A DNA stretch of 64,000 nucleotides from assembly GCA_934168325.1 (NCBI GenBank), contig CAKPNG010000003.1, forward strand, positions 918 to 64,917, in the 5' to 3' direction. Made by a program: the position numbers and the translations under genes. This document shows positions 1-9,251 of the stretch, piece by piece. The notes beneath the pieces were generated by a model. That model worked only from the letters and a program-made list of their open reading frames with translations, had not been told where the DNA came from and searched no databases. Within the stretch, counting starts at the first letter, position 1; every line of letters starts with the position of its first letter. This DNA comes from an uncultured Bacilli bacterium (lineage in GTDB: Bacteria; Bacillota_I; Bacilli_A; RFN20; CAG-826).

Positions 1-468
1 GTTAAACATGATGAATTTTATAAAAATTTAGATATTAGTTTAGATGAAGATATTAAAAAAGAGGAAGAATTTATCAATTTAGAATCTAATAAGAACAAGA
101 AAGATGAAAAAGCTTTATTAAAAGCTAATGAAAACTTAACTTCCTTATTAGAAAAGAAAGAATGTTTAAATAAGATTAAAAATAATAAGCCTCATGAAAT
201 ATATTTTGCGATTAGACCTGAAGATATTCATCATCATGTCGATGCTAATAAACAATATGAAAAGAGTAAATATTTTAATCCTATTATTTCTTTATCAGAA
301 TTATTAGGTAATGAATTCTATGTTCATATTAATTTAAGTAATTTTGAATTAGTTGCTAAAGTTCCATTTATGGAAAGAATATATAAATCGGGTGAAGAAT
401 TTAAAATTCACTTTGATATGGGAAAAATTCATTTATTTGATTTTATTACTACTAAATCGATTAAATAA
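1..468 (+). CDS. ABC sugar-importer ATPase, MsmX/MalK/UgpC type, C-terminal fragment (5' end lies outside the window)
   Basis: Frame 1 is open from base 1 to TAA at 466-468. It is absent from the ORF track because it has no Met. The translation ...IYFAIRPEDIHH...SELLGNEFYVHINL...GKIHLFD parallels the C-terminal regulatory domains of the complete paralogues at 18890-20767 (FGIRPENVF...LLGNEYYLH...KVHIFD) and 39271-41238. Confidence 0.7.
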   Translation, partial: VKHDEFYKNLDISLDEDIKKEEEFINLESNKNKKDEKALLKANENLTSLLEKKECLNKIKNNKPHEIYFAIRPEDIHHHVDANKQYEKSKYFNPIISLSELLGNEFYVHINLSNFELVAKVPFMERIYKSGEEFKIHFDMGKIHLFDFITTKSIK

Positions 469-757
469 TATAAGAATCTATATTACATATTATATAAAGG
501 TAGTCATAACGAGATTGATTACCTTTTTATTAGTGAATTTTATTAATATAATAAGTATAAATAATTAGTTTATTTGTTATAAAAGAAATATAAATAATTT
601 CTAATTATTATAACCATCTTTGCTTAAAATTAAGATTAAATGATATTTTTTAAGATAATAAATACAAAAAATATACAAAAATTAAGATTGCATAATTTTA
701 AATTAGTCTATATATGGCAAAATATTTTATTTAGAAAAATACAAAATATAATATCAT

Positions 758-771
758 TGTAAGCGCTTTCA
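758..771 (+). promoter_or_regulatory. cre-like catabolite-responsive element (CcpA/LacI-type operator) just downstream of a TATAAT box (747-752)
   Basis: TGTAAGCGCTTTCA fits the cre consensus TGWAANCGNTNWCA at every constrained position. It lies 37 nt upstream of the ATG at 808. Confidence 0.55.
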
Positions 772-807
772 GTGCACAATCTTATTTTCAAATTAAAAGG
801 AGCGAAT

Positions 808-2517
808 ATGAAAAAGAGAAAATTATTTATGACATTAGCTGCTATGTCATTACTTACTTTAGGTGGTTTAGCAAGTTGCAATGGTGGTTCTTCAGATAAT
901 CCAACACCAGAGCCTACTCCAACCCCTACACCAGAACCAGAGCCAACACCTGAGCCTGCAAAACCTGCTATTAAAGCAGATAAAGAAGTTGTTACCTTAG
1001 ATGAAGTTGGTAAAGAAGATACTGTTACTTTAACTTTAGAAAACATTGAAGGTGTTCCTACTTGGGAAGCAACTGATGAAGAAGCTATTACTTTAACTCC
1101 TTCAGAAGATGGTAAATCTTGTAAGATTACTAACGTTAAAGGCGGAAAAACAGTTATAGTTACCGCTACACTTGGTGAAGTTTCAGTTGATATTACTGTT
1201 AAAAGTTCAGCTTATGGTGATACTAGAGTAGTTTATGAAGCACATAAAGAAGACGGAGCTTTATTATTTGAAGCAAAAGGATTCTTTAATGCTATCGGTA
1301 AATTAAATGATGATTTAAATAATGTAAATGGTTATATAACTAAAAAAGGTGCAACCGATAAATTATATACATTCCAAAGTGCATACTTAAATGCAGTTAC
1401 AGCAGAAGGAACATCTGATGAATTTGATTCACATGAAAAATTTACAGATGGAAAAGCTGTTGGATGGTTTAAAGATTATGCATTAACAGTTGATAGTAGT
1501 AAAAAATCATATTTATTTACTAGTTTAATTGGAAAAGATGAAAGTAATAATCCAACAAAACATGCTAAATTTAATAGAATCGAAATGTTACCTATTGGTG
1601 CTGATAAATCATTATTTAAAGATGGTAATGCAGGATTCTCAACTGCTGGTGATCCTACAAAGAATGTTTGGAGCGGATTCAGAACTGCTAACTATATAGC
1701 AGGTATGGCTGGTCCACGTTATATTACATGGGCTGATCCATATGCATGGAAAAATATGGATATGACATGGGATTTATCAAAATCTTCATTAATTCCTTCA
1801 TATAATGCTGATCAAGAAACATTTGCACAAATCTATCTTGGCTCAAGTACAGTTATTAAGAAATTAGTTGGTGTATATTTTGATGCAGGATCTATGGAAG
1901 CTAATAAAGCTTTAGCTGATGGAGCAGAAAGAGATATTTATACATTTACAGAAGTTCCTTCAGTTGATGGCGGTTTCAATATTGCAACTATGGGTGAAAG
2001 AGAAATTGGAACAACTTCAATTGGTAAAGCTAAATGGGATGCATTTAATAAATATTGGACATTCCCTGAAGTTACTGTTAATTTAAAAGTTGATATAAAG
2101 TTTAGTAATGACCCAGATTGCAGTGGAAATTACACAAGAGATTACACAATTACTGGATTTAAAGCTAATCAAGAAACAGGCAAAGTTAATTACTTAGTCG
2201 ATGCTGGAAAAGAACAAGCTAGAGTTGGTTCAAGTGAAAGATCACTTTATGGTGTTACTTTAACTCCTAAATATACAGATAAAGTATTACCAGACTTCAG
2301 TTGTGGTGCTAAATGGTTAAATGTCATTCAATCAGATTCAATCGCTGAAAAATATGAAGCACTTGTAGAAGAAGGTAAATCAAAAGAAGCTGATAATTTA
2401 CAGTGGACCGCAGGAAGAACTGTTAATTATGGTAACCAAGTCTTTACATTAGGTGCTAATAACGTTGATAGTTCAACTGATGCTGATGGTAGAAGTATAT
2501 TTAGCATTCATTATTAA
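808..2517 (+). CDS. Surface lipoprotein of unknown family (Pro/Thr linker, Ig-like Big_2-type segment, then an unassigned ~430-aa region)
   Basis: The ORF track gives 772-2517. I prefer the ATG at 808, which has AAAGGAG just upstream. MKKRKLFMTLAAMSLLTLGGLASC is a signal peptide plus lipobox. The linker reads PTPEPTPTPTPEPEPTPEP. The Ig-like stretch reads VTLTLENIEGVPTWEATDEEAITLTPSEDGKSCKITNVKGGKTVIVTATLGEVSVDITV. The C-terminal motif PDFSCGAKWLNV is shared with the next two genes. Confidence 0.8.
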   Translation: MKKRKLFMTLAAMSLLTLGGLASCNGGSSDNPTPEPTPTPTPEPEPTPEPAKPAIKADKEVVTLDEVGKEDTVTLTLENIEGVPTWEATDEEAITLTPSEDGKSCKITNVKGGKTVIVTATLGEVSVDITVKSSAYGDTRVVYEAHKEDGALLFEAKGFFNAIGKLNDDLNNVNGYITKKGATDKLYTFQSAYLNAVTAEGTSDEFDSHEKFTDGKAVGWFKDYALTVDSSKKSYLFTSLIGKDESNNPTKHAKFNRIEMLPIGADKSLFKDGNAGFSTAGDPTKNVWSGFRTANYIAGMAGPRYITWADPYAWKNMDMTWDLSKSSLIPSYNADQETFAQIYLGSSTVIKKLVGVYFDAGSMEANKALADGAERDIYTFTEVPSVDGGFNIATMGEREIGTTSIGKAKWDAFNKYWTFPEVTVNLKVDIKFSNDPDCSGNYTRDYTITGFKANQETGKVNYLVDAGKEQARVGSSERSLYGVTLTPKYTDKVLPDFSCGAKWLNVIQSDSIAEKYEALVEEGKSKEADNLQWTAGRTVNYGNQVFTLGANNVDSSTDADGRSIFSIHY

Positions 2518-2543
2518 CTAATAAAATTTAATTTAATCTAAAA

Positions 2544-2575
2544 AAGGGGATACTCGTTGAGTATCCCTTATTTAG
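2544..2575 (+). terminator. Rho-independent terminator-like hairpin
   Basis: GGGATACTC-gtt-GAGTATCCC is a 9-bp perfect stem, extendable by G-U and A-T pairs. It is followed by a T-rich stretch (TTATTT) 25 nt after the stop codon. Confidence 0.55.
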
Positions 2576-2716
2576 ATAAATGATTGATGTAGTTATTAAG
2601 AAAACAATAAAATAAGTTAACAAATATTAGTATTTAATTCTAATTTATTAGCAATAAACCTATTAAACATATACAAATATTAATATTATTAATAAAATAT
2701 TAACGAGGTAAAAAAT

Positions 2717-4228
2717 ATGAAAAAGAATATTATAACAATTGCTACGATGTTGTGTACAAGTGCAATTCTTGCATCTTGTGGAAATACCCCAAAAGAAGAT
2801 AATAAAGATAAATTTAAAGATAGTCGTTTAGATTTATTTACTGTAGTTAGTGGTGAAATGGATGGAGCTGAATTTGTTCCAGATGGAAAAACTGTTGATT
2901 TTAAATCTTTATATGAAGCTGCTAATTATGTTTATGAAAATTGTGAAAATGGTAGTTTTGTAAAAGCTAAAGATGATGCTACAAATACTAAAATCTTTCA
3001 AAAAAGAACAAGTGTAGATTCTATTAGAGGTGATAATATCTATGATCAATGGTTCTATTATGATATGGGTAATAATGGAACTTTAGATGGTTATAGTCAA
3101 TATGTAGCAGGTTACGTTGATACTAATATTGGTGAAAAATATAATAGATTATATGTTACTACTGATTGTTTAAAGCAAAGTTATCAACCTTATTATTTAT
3201 TAAGACATGAAACTTTAAAAACAGCTAGCTGGAACTTATTACCATTATTAGATACATCTATTAGATATAATCCTCATGCTTTTACAGGTATGAGAGAAAT
3301 CACTTATAAATTTGATTTAACTCAATCTAAAATTAGACCTTCTTATTCAAAAGATCAAAAAGTCGAACCTTTAATTACATTATCTCAAGTTGATTCATAT
3401 AACTGGTCTAACCAAGGTATTTATATGGATACAGATACTGGTAATTGGTATTATCTTAAAGGTGAAACTCAATCTGATTCTAAAATTTTAGATTATGATA
3501 ACAAAGAAGTAATATTAACATCTACTTGGGATAAAGAAAAACAAGAATATACACCAGATGGTGATGTTAAAATGACTCTTACCTATGTATTTGATAAAGA
3601 AGAAGAAACTTGGACTAATGATTTAGCAATTGAAGTTACATATAAAGATGGAACAACTAAATCATTTAAGAAAAATTATGATTATGTAAATATTAATGGT
3701 CGTGGTACTCCTAGAGCTAATATTTCTTTAGATTTAGTTGCAGGTAACGATAAAGTTGAAGAAGGAAGTTATGCACCTGATTTTATGTGTGGAGCTTACT
3801 TTAAAAATATTGTTGTTAGTGAAGCTAAGGGCACTGTACCTGAAGGACTTACTGATGAAGAATACGGTGGCGATAGTGATATGTGCTGTAAACCTGGTGA
3901 AACTTATAATTTATTAGCAAGTGCTGAGAAAAATGATGCAGATTGTGAAATTATTTTAGATAATTATGGCTTAATTAATTATCATAATGATGTTAAAGAT
4001 AAAGATATTTATGATATTAGTTATGAACAAATCGCACCTACTACTTTAAGAACTAAAGAAGTATTAGAGGTTGAACAAGAAATTGCTAAAATTAAAGATA
4101 CTGATACTAAAGATAGTGCAATTGTTATAAAAACATTACCTAAATTTAATAAGTTAAGTGCAGTTCAACAAAAATTAGTTACTAGAATTGATGGTTACAC
4201 TCAATTAGAAAAAGCTATTGAAAGATAA
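2717..4228 (+). CDS. Surface lipoprotein, paralogue 2 of the unknown family
   Basis: GAGG lies upstream of the ATG. MKKNIITIATMLCTSAILASCGN is a signal peptide plus lipobox. The N-terminal module (FKSLYEAANYVYEN...KIFQKRT) and the C-terminal PDFMCGAYFKNIVV motif are shared with its neighbours. Confidence 0.8.
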   Translation: MKKNIITIATMLCTSAILASCGNTPKEDNKDKFKDSRLDLFTVVSGEMDGAEFVPDGKTVDFKSLYEAANYVYENCENGSFVKAKDDATNTKIFQKRTSVDSIRGDNIYDQWFYYDMGNNGTLDGYSQYVAGYVDTNIGEKYNRLYVTTDCLKQSYQPYYLLRHETLKTASWNLLPLLDTSIRYNPHAFTGMREITYKFDLTQSKIRPSYSKDQKVEPLITLSQVDSYNWSNQGIYMDTDTGNWYYLKGETQSDSKILDYDNKEVILTSTWDKEKQEYTPDGDVKMTLTYVFDKEEETWTNDLAIEVTYKDGTTKSFKKNYDYVNINGRGTPRANISLDLVAGNDKVEEGSYAPDFMCGAYFKNIVVSEAKGTVPEGLTDEEYGGDSDMCCKPGETYNLLASAEKNDADCEIILDNYGLINYHNDVKDKDIYDISYEQIAPTTLRTKEVLEVEQEIAKIKDTDTKDSAIVIKTLPKFNKLSAVQQKLVTRIDGYTQLEKAIER

Positions 4229-4233
4229 ATTTT

Positions 4234-5613
4234 ATGAATATAAAGAATATATCTTATTATTTAGGAATAGGTCTTATTAGTTTATCCTTAGTTGGATGTG
4301 GTAAAACTGATAATCCTCCAATTAATGAACCTTCTATTACAAATCCAAATATTTATGACGAGGTAAAAGAAGATTCTAATAAGATCAAATTAACTGCTCC
4401 ATTTTCTATTTATAATGAAGATGGTTCTATTCCAGTAGATTTAAAATATAAAGGAAGTAAATTAGAATCTAATACGTTTACTAATTTATATAAAGCAATA
4501 AGAATTGCTGGAGAAAATTCATCAACTAAGATTAAATTACAAGTTCAAGATAGTAATTTTAATCAAATATTTAAAAGAACAAAAGCAAGTAATTGGTATG
4601 TTTTTGATGGTCATGACTATGTTGGTAATGATACAAAAACTAATGCCTTAACTTATACTACAACTCATAAAGATTCATATGCTATTTCAGGAGATGGTAA
4701 AGGATATTCTTATTTAGGTCGAGATGATTATAGAGAAGATATGAATTTACAATCAAATATATTAGAGCTTAATGCTGGTGCATATAATTATATGTTTTCT
4801 ACTACTGGTGTAGGAAAAGGCGAAAACGGTACTAATATAAATGGTTTTGCATATGCTAATGCTAATGTTAGATTAAGTGAAATGAAATACCGTCAAACTG
4901 AAGATGGAGATCATTGGAATGCTTATATTTTCTTTAATTTACAAGCTAAAAATCATGCAGATCTCGGCTTAATTGGTACAGTTAGTGGTGATAAATTAGT
5001 TTGGAAATTATTTAGAAATTGTGGTTCTAAATCACATGGAACACAAGGATTCTTTGTTTATCAAGATAAAATAATTACAACATCTAAATATTATGATAGT
5101 ACTACAAAAGAATATTCTGGATGTGATGATTTAAATTTTGAAGCTGTTGGATATAGTAATGGATGGATTTTAAATGTTACTAATTTAGCAACAGGTAAAG
5201 TAGAATCATTTAGTGATTTACATTATGAAGAAGATGGAAAAACTCCACTTATTGAAAATGGTAATGATGTAACTACTTATTATAGAGTTCTTGTAGCATC
5301 ATCTTATTGTCCAGTTGTTGGAAATGTATGGAACTGGGATTGTGGTGCTAAAACTGAAAATGTAGTTTGGGATAATATTAAAATTAGTAGATATATTGGT
5401 GATGATATTACTGAATATCGTAAAGATAGTACTATAAAATATGATTTTTATCCTGATACAGATTTATTAAGAGATGGATATTCTCAAGGTGCTTTTGCTA
5501 GTAGTTTTGAATACGGTACTAGAAAAGAAGATGGTAAATATAAATCTGGTAATACTTATAAAAAAGGTGATAAATATTTAATACAAAGCGTTTGTTATAC
5601 AAACAAGTGGTAA
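4234..5613 (+). CDS. Surface lipoprotein, paralogue 3 of the unknown family
   Basis: MNIKNISYYLGIGLISLSLVGCGK is a signal peptide plus lipobox. It shares the module TFTNLYKAIRIAGE...QIFKRTK and the C-terminal WDCGAKTENVVWDNIKI motif. It starts 5 nt after the previous stop. Confidence 0.8.
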   Translation: MNIKNISYYLGIGLISLSLVGCGKTDNPPINEPSITNPNIYDEVKEDSNKIKLTAPFSIYNEDGSIPVDLKYKGSKLESNTFTNLYKAIRIAGENSSTKIKLQVQDSNFNQIFKRTKASNWYVFDGHDYVGNDTKTNALTYTTTHKDSYAISGDGKGYSYLGRDDYREDMNLQSNILELNAGAYNYMFSTTGVGKGENGTNINGFAYANANVRLSEMKYRQTEDGDHWNAYIFFNLQAKNHADLGLIGTVSGDKLVWKLFRNCGSKSHGTQGFFVYQDKIITTSKYYDSTTKEYSGCDDLNFEAVGYSNGWILNVTNLATGKVESFSDLHYEEDGKTPLIENGNDVTTYYRVLVASSYCPVVGNVWNWDCGAKTENVVWDNIKISRYIGDDITEYRKDSTIKYDFYPDTDLLRDGYSQGAFASSFEYGTRKEDGKYKSGNTYKKGDKYLIQSVCYTNKW

Positions 5614-5628
5614 TAGGAGGATTTAACT

Positions 5629-7281
5629 ATGAGAAAGAAAGGACATTTAATTGCTACAAGTTTAGCATTAATTAGTATAATTACTTCATGTGGAAGTGCA
5701 ATTGATCCTACAGCTGATTGGACAATTGATGTAAATAAAAATAAGAGTAATATTACTTTAAATACTTACTTCCCTAATAGTACTAAAAGTAATGATTTCT
5801 TTCAAAATAGTTATATTCCTAAACAATTAGAAAAAATTACTGGTTATAAAGTTAAATATAATCAAACTAGTGAAGGAGCAGCTGATTCTCAAGTTCAATC
5901 AATGTTAACTGGAAAAGAAAAGATTGATATGCTTAAGATATCTCCTACATTATTTAATAATTATGTTACTCAAGGTTATTTTACAGATTTAACTGATGGT
6001 ATCGATAAATATTGTCCTAATCTTAAAACTTGTGCAAAGATAACTAAAGAACAATGGGATGCTGTTACTTATAATGGTAAAATTTATGCTTTACCTGAAA
6101 TTGGTCATACTTCAATGGTTAATGTTGGACTTATTTGGAATTTTGATCATTTAAAGAGTGTAAATATTAATAAGCTTCCTAAAACTATTACTGAAGTTGA
6201 TGAAGCTTTAAAAGCTTTACAAACTAAATATGGTAATGATACTAATTATCATGCTTTAGGACTTCCAGGAACAATGAGCGAAGCTAATCCTTTTGCTGCT
6301 GCTTTTGATGTTCCATGTAATTTCTTTATTAACGATAATAATGAAATTGAAAATATGTTATTTTCTAGTCGTATGGAAGAATATTTAAAATATATGAACA
6401 CTTTAGCAACTGGTAATATTATTGCTCAAGGTTGGTCATCTCAAACAGAAAGTGCTTGTATGAATAACTTTGTTAGTGGTTTTAGTAGTTGTATGGTTAT
6501 ATCTTATTGGAATGTTACTAATTTAAGAAGTTCATTAATTTCTTCTTATAAAGGATTTCCAAGTGATGTTATAACTGAAAATAGTAAAAAAGATTATGTT
6601 TATGGTAAAAATAATCATCAATATGGTTTTGCTAGCGATGATGCTTTAGTTCAATGGGAAGTCTTTATTAAAGGAGATGGAAAATTTGGAACTAATGTTC
6701 AAACTGAAGGTAGATCTAGAGATTCTAGAGGAGTTGGTTATTATATAACTATTCCTGTTGCAAGTAGTAAAAATGCTGCTTATACATTAGATTGGATTAA
6801 TTATAAATTAACTGAAGAAGCAACTATTTTAAATGTTGCTGGTACTGAAGGAATTCATTATGAAAGAGTAACTAAAGATGATAAAGATGCAGTTAAACTC
6901 TTGACTGGTACTGATCCTGAAGAATATGTAAAAGTTTTACCTAAATTCTATGATGAAATTAGTGGAACTAGTCAATATCAAACATCTGTTAATGGAGATG
7001 TTGCTAGAAAATGGTGGCCTGTAGCTGAAGTTGGATTTAATGCTTGGGAAGTATTAATGATTGATGAAAGTAGAGTCATATTAGATCCATTTGCTTTACA
7101 TCCAGTTTTAACTGAATTTTCAAAAGTTGATTTATTAGCTAGAAATTATGTAGTTACTCAATTACAAAATATTATAAATAAAGGAATCGATAAATTAGAG
7201 AATGCTAGAAAGACTTATAAGAGTCGTTTCTGGAAAGAAGCTGTTAAAAACGAAGTAAATAATTGGTATAAAAATAAATAA
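5629..7281 (+). CDS. ABC transporter extracellular solute-binding lipoprotein (large family-1 oligosaccharide SBP, LplA/YtcQ-like)
   Basis: There is a GGAGG RBS. MRKKGHLIATSLALISIITSCGS is a lipobox. At 550 aa it has the size typical of this SBP class, and two CUT1-type permease genes follow directly. Confidence 0.8.
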   Translation: MRKKGHLIATSLALISIITSCGSAIDPTADWTIDVNKNKSNITLNTYFPNSTKSNDFFQNSYIPKQLEKITGYKVKYNQTSEGAADSQVQSMLTGKEKIDMLKISPTLFNNYVTQGYFTDLTDGIDKYCPNLKTCAKITKEQWDAVTYNGKIYALPEIGHTSMVNVGLIWNFDHLKSVNINKLPKTITEVDEALKALQTKYGNDTNYHALGLPGTMSEANPFAAAFDVPCNFFINDNNEIENMLFSSRMEEYLKYMNTLATGNIIAQGWSSQTESACMNNFVSGFSSCMVISYWNVTNLRSSLISSYKGFPSDVITENSKKDYVYGKNNHQYGFASDDALVQWEVFIKGDGKFGTNVQTEGRSRDSRGVGYYITIPVASSKNAAYTLDWINYKLTEEATILNVAGTEGIHYERVTKDDKDAVKLLTGTDPEEYVKVLPKFYDEISGTSQYQTSVNGDVARKWWPVAEVGFNAWEVLMIDESRVILDPFALHPVLTEFSKVDLLARNYVVTQLQNIINKGIDKLENARKTYKSRFWKEAVKNEVNNWYKNK

Positions 7282-7305
7282 AAATATTGGGGTTCTGCAG
7301 GGTTT

Positions 7306-8334
7306 ATGATTAGTTTAAGCGTAAAAAGAAGAGGAATTAAAAAGCTTAATGTTAAGAAAGTTAACTATTTTCATAGAATAGGAGTAAAGATAAAAAAATA
7401 TGCTTCGATATTTTGGTTTATCTTACCAGCTGGATTTTTAGCATTCTTATTTGGATATCTCCCTTTAATTTTTATCTTAGCTGCTTTTAAATCTGATTTT
7501 AATTTAGCTTTAAATTCACCTTTAACAGAACTATTTAGAAACAATTGGTCATTTATTCAATTTAGTAAGATATTTGGAGAAAATGGAGAACAATTTGGAT
7601 TAGCTGTTGCCAATACTTTAATTATTAATGTTATAAAAATATTATTAGTTTTCCCTTTCTCAATATTACTTGCAATTATGTTAAGTGAAGTAAAATCGAC
7701 TTTTGCTTCTAAATTAATATTAATTATTCTTTGCTTACCTAATTTCTTAAGTTGGCCAACTGTTATTGGTATTTGGAATAACTTATTTAAAGATCAAAAT
7801 GGTGTTATTAATAATATTTTGATGAATTTAGGTTTAATTAAGACACCAATTTATTGGTTTGGTGATAATGTTGGTGGTAATGAAGGATTAAATCTATTTA
7901 AATTCTTTGCAATTTTAATGGATGCTTGGAAGGGAAGCGGATGGAATTCTATTATGTTTTATACTGCAATTATGAGTATTGATAAATCATATTATGAAGC
8001 TGCTGAACTTGATGGCGCTAGTAAGATTCAACAAATTAAGAGTTTAACAATTCCTTCAATTTTTCCAACTATTGCTTTGATGTTTATTATGAATATAACT
8101 TATATTCTTTCAAGTGGATTTGAAGAAATTAATTTATTAGCGAATATTAGTGATCCTAATTTAAAAGAATCAATGAAAACACTTGATGTTTATTTATATG
8201 AAGTTGCTTTAGGAGCTGGTGCGGATATGAGTTTTGCTACAGCTTTAGGTATATTTAATTCAACTGTCTCACTTATATTTATGTTATGTGGAAATAAGAT
8301 AAGTAAGAAATTATTAAATAGAGGTTTATGGTAA
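7306..8334 (+). CDS. ABC sugar permease (LplB/YteP-like, CUT1 family)
   Basis: It has multiple hydrophobic helices and the EAA-loop signature YYEAAELDGASKIQQIKSLTIPSI. Confidence 0.85.
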   Translation: MISLSVKRRGIKKLNVKKVNYFHRIGVKIKKYASIFWFILPAGFLAFLFGYLPLIFILAAFKSDFNLALNSPLTELFRNNWSFIQFSKIFGENGEQFGLAVANTLIINVIKILLVFPFSILLAIMLSEVKSTFASKLILIILCLPNFLSWPTVIGIWNNLFKDQNGVINNILMNLGLIKTPIYWFGDNVGGNEGLNLFKFFAILMDAWKGSGWNSIMFYTAIMSIDKSYYEAAELDGASKIQQIKSLTIPSIFPTIALMFIMNITYILSSGFEEINLLANISDPNLKESMKTLDVYLYEVALGAGADMSFATALGIFNSTVSLIFMLCGNKISKKLLNRGLW

Positions 8335-8335
8335 T

Positions 8336-9241
8336 ATGACTGGTTTTATTAGTTTAAAAAAGAAAAGATTAAGAAAAAGTATTAAAAAACCTACTGGTGA
8401 TCGTGTATTTAATGGTTTAAATATCTTCTTTTTAGTTCTTTTTTGTTTAATAGTTATTATTCCTTTATTAAATTTAATTGCTTTTGCTTTTTCTACTGGT
8501 ACTAGAAATAGTGAAGTTACTTTTTTACCAGTTGGATTTACATTTGATATGTTTTCTTATGTTATGAAGGACGTTGCTTTTTGGAGAAGTGCTTTAAATT
8601 CTGTTATTATCACAGTTTGTGTTACTTTCCTTTCTAATTTATTTATGGCAATGGCTGCTTATCCTTTATCTAAACCTGATTTTCCATTTAAAAAAGGTAT
8701 CTTAACATTCTTTATTATCACAATGCTATTTAGTGCTGGTATTGTTCCTGCTGTTTTACTTTTAAGAGATTTAGGGTTATATGGAACTATTTGGGGTGTA
8801 ATTATAATTTCTATTAATAATGTTTTTAATATGTTACTTTATAAATCTTTCTTTGAAGGATTACCTAAAGAAACTATTGAAGCAGCTGAAGTTGATGGGG
8901 TTAGTAATTTCCAAATGTTTATTAAGATAGTTTTACCAATGTCTTTACCTGTATTTGCTAGTTGTGCATTCTTTACAATTGTTGGTACATGGAATTCTTA
9001 TAGTGGTGCTTTAATGTTTATTGGTACGACTAGTGATAAAGAAGCATTCTGGCCATTATCTTTATATATTTATAATTTATTACAATATAGTCCATCTACT
9101 GATCCTACTAGTTTCTTAAATACTAATTTAACTAATGTTCAATCAGCATCAATTATTATTAGTGTTATTCCTATTTTAATTATTTATCCATTTGTTATTA
9201 GATATATTAAATCTGGTATTACTTTAGGTAGTGAAAAGTGA
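8336..9241 (+). CDS. ABC sugar permease (LplC/YtcP-like, CUT1 family)
   Basis: It has the EAA loop IEAAEVDGVSNFQMFIKIVLPMSLP and six predicted helices. It starts 1 nt after the previous stop. Confidence 0.85.
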   Translation: MTGFISLKKKRLRKSIKKPTGDRVFNGLNIFFLVLFCLIVIIPLLNLIAFAFSTGTRNSEVTFLPVGFTFDMFSYVMKDVAFWRSALNSVIITVCVTFLSNLFMAMAAYPLSKPDFPFKKGILTFFIITMLFSAGIVPAVLLLRDLGLYGTIWGVIIISINNVFNMLLYKSFFEGLPKETIEAAEVDGVSNFQMFIKIVLPMSLPVFASCAFFTIVGTWNSYSGALMFIGTTSDKEAFWPLSLYIYNLLQYSPSTDPTSFLNTNLTNVQSASIIISVIPILIIYPFVIRYIKSGITLGSEK

Positions 9242-9251
9242 GGATATAAAT

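Noticed and set aside
353-568. 71-aa ORF on the + strand at the window start
   Set aside because: It is out of frame with, and overlaps, the well-supported MsmX C-terminal reading frame (1-468). Its sequence is low-complexity and Ile/Leu/Asn-rich, as is typical of AT-rich off-frame translation.
708-1046. 112-aa ORF on the - strand, antisense to the first lipoprotein gene
   Set aside because: It lies entirely within the 808-2517 CDS. It stays open only because the complement of the GC-rich Pro/Thr/Glu linker encodes a Gly/Ser/Val repeat (GSGVGSGSGVGVGVGSGVG). It has no RBS.
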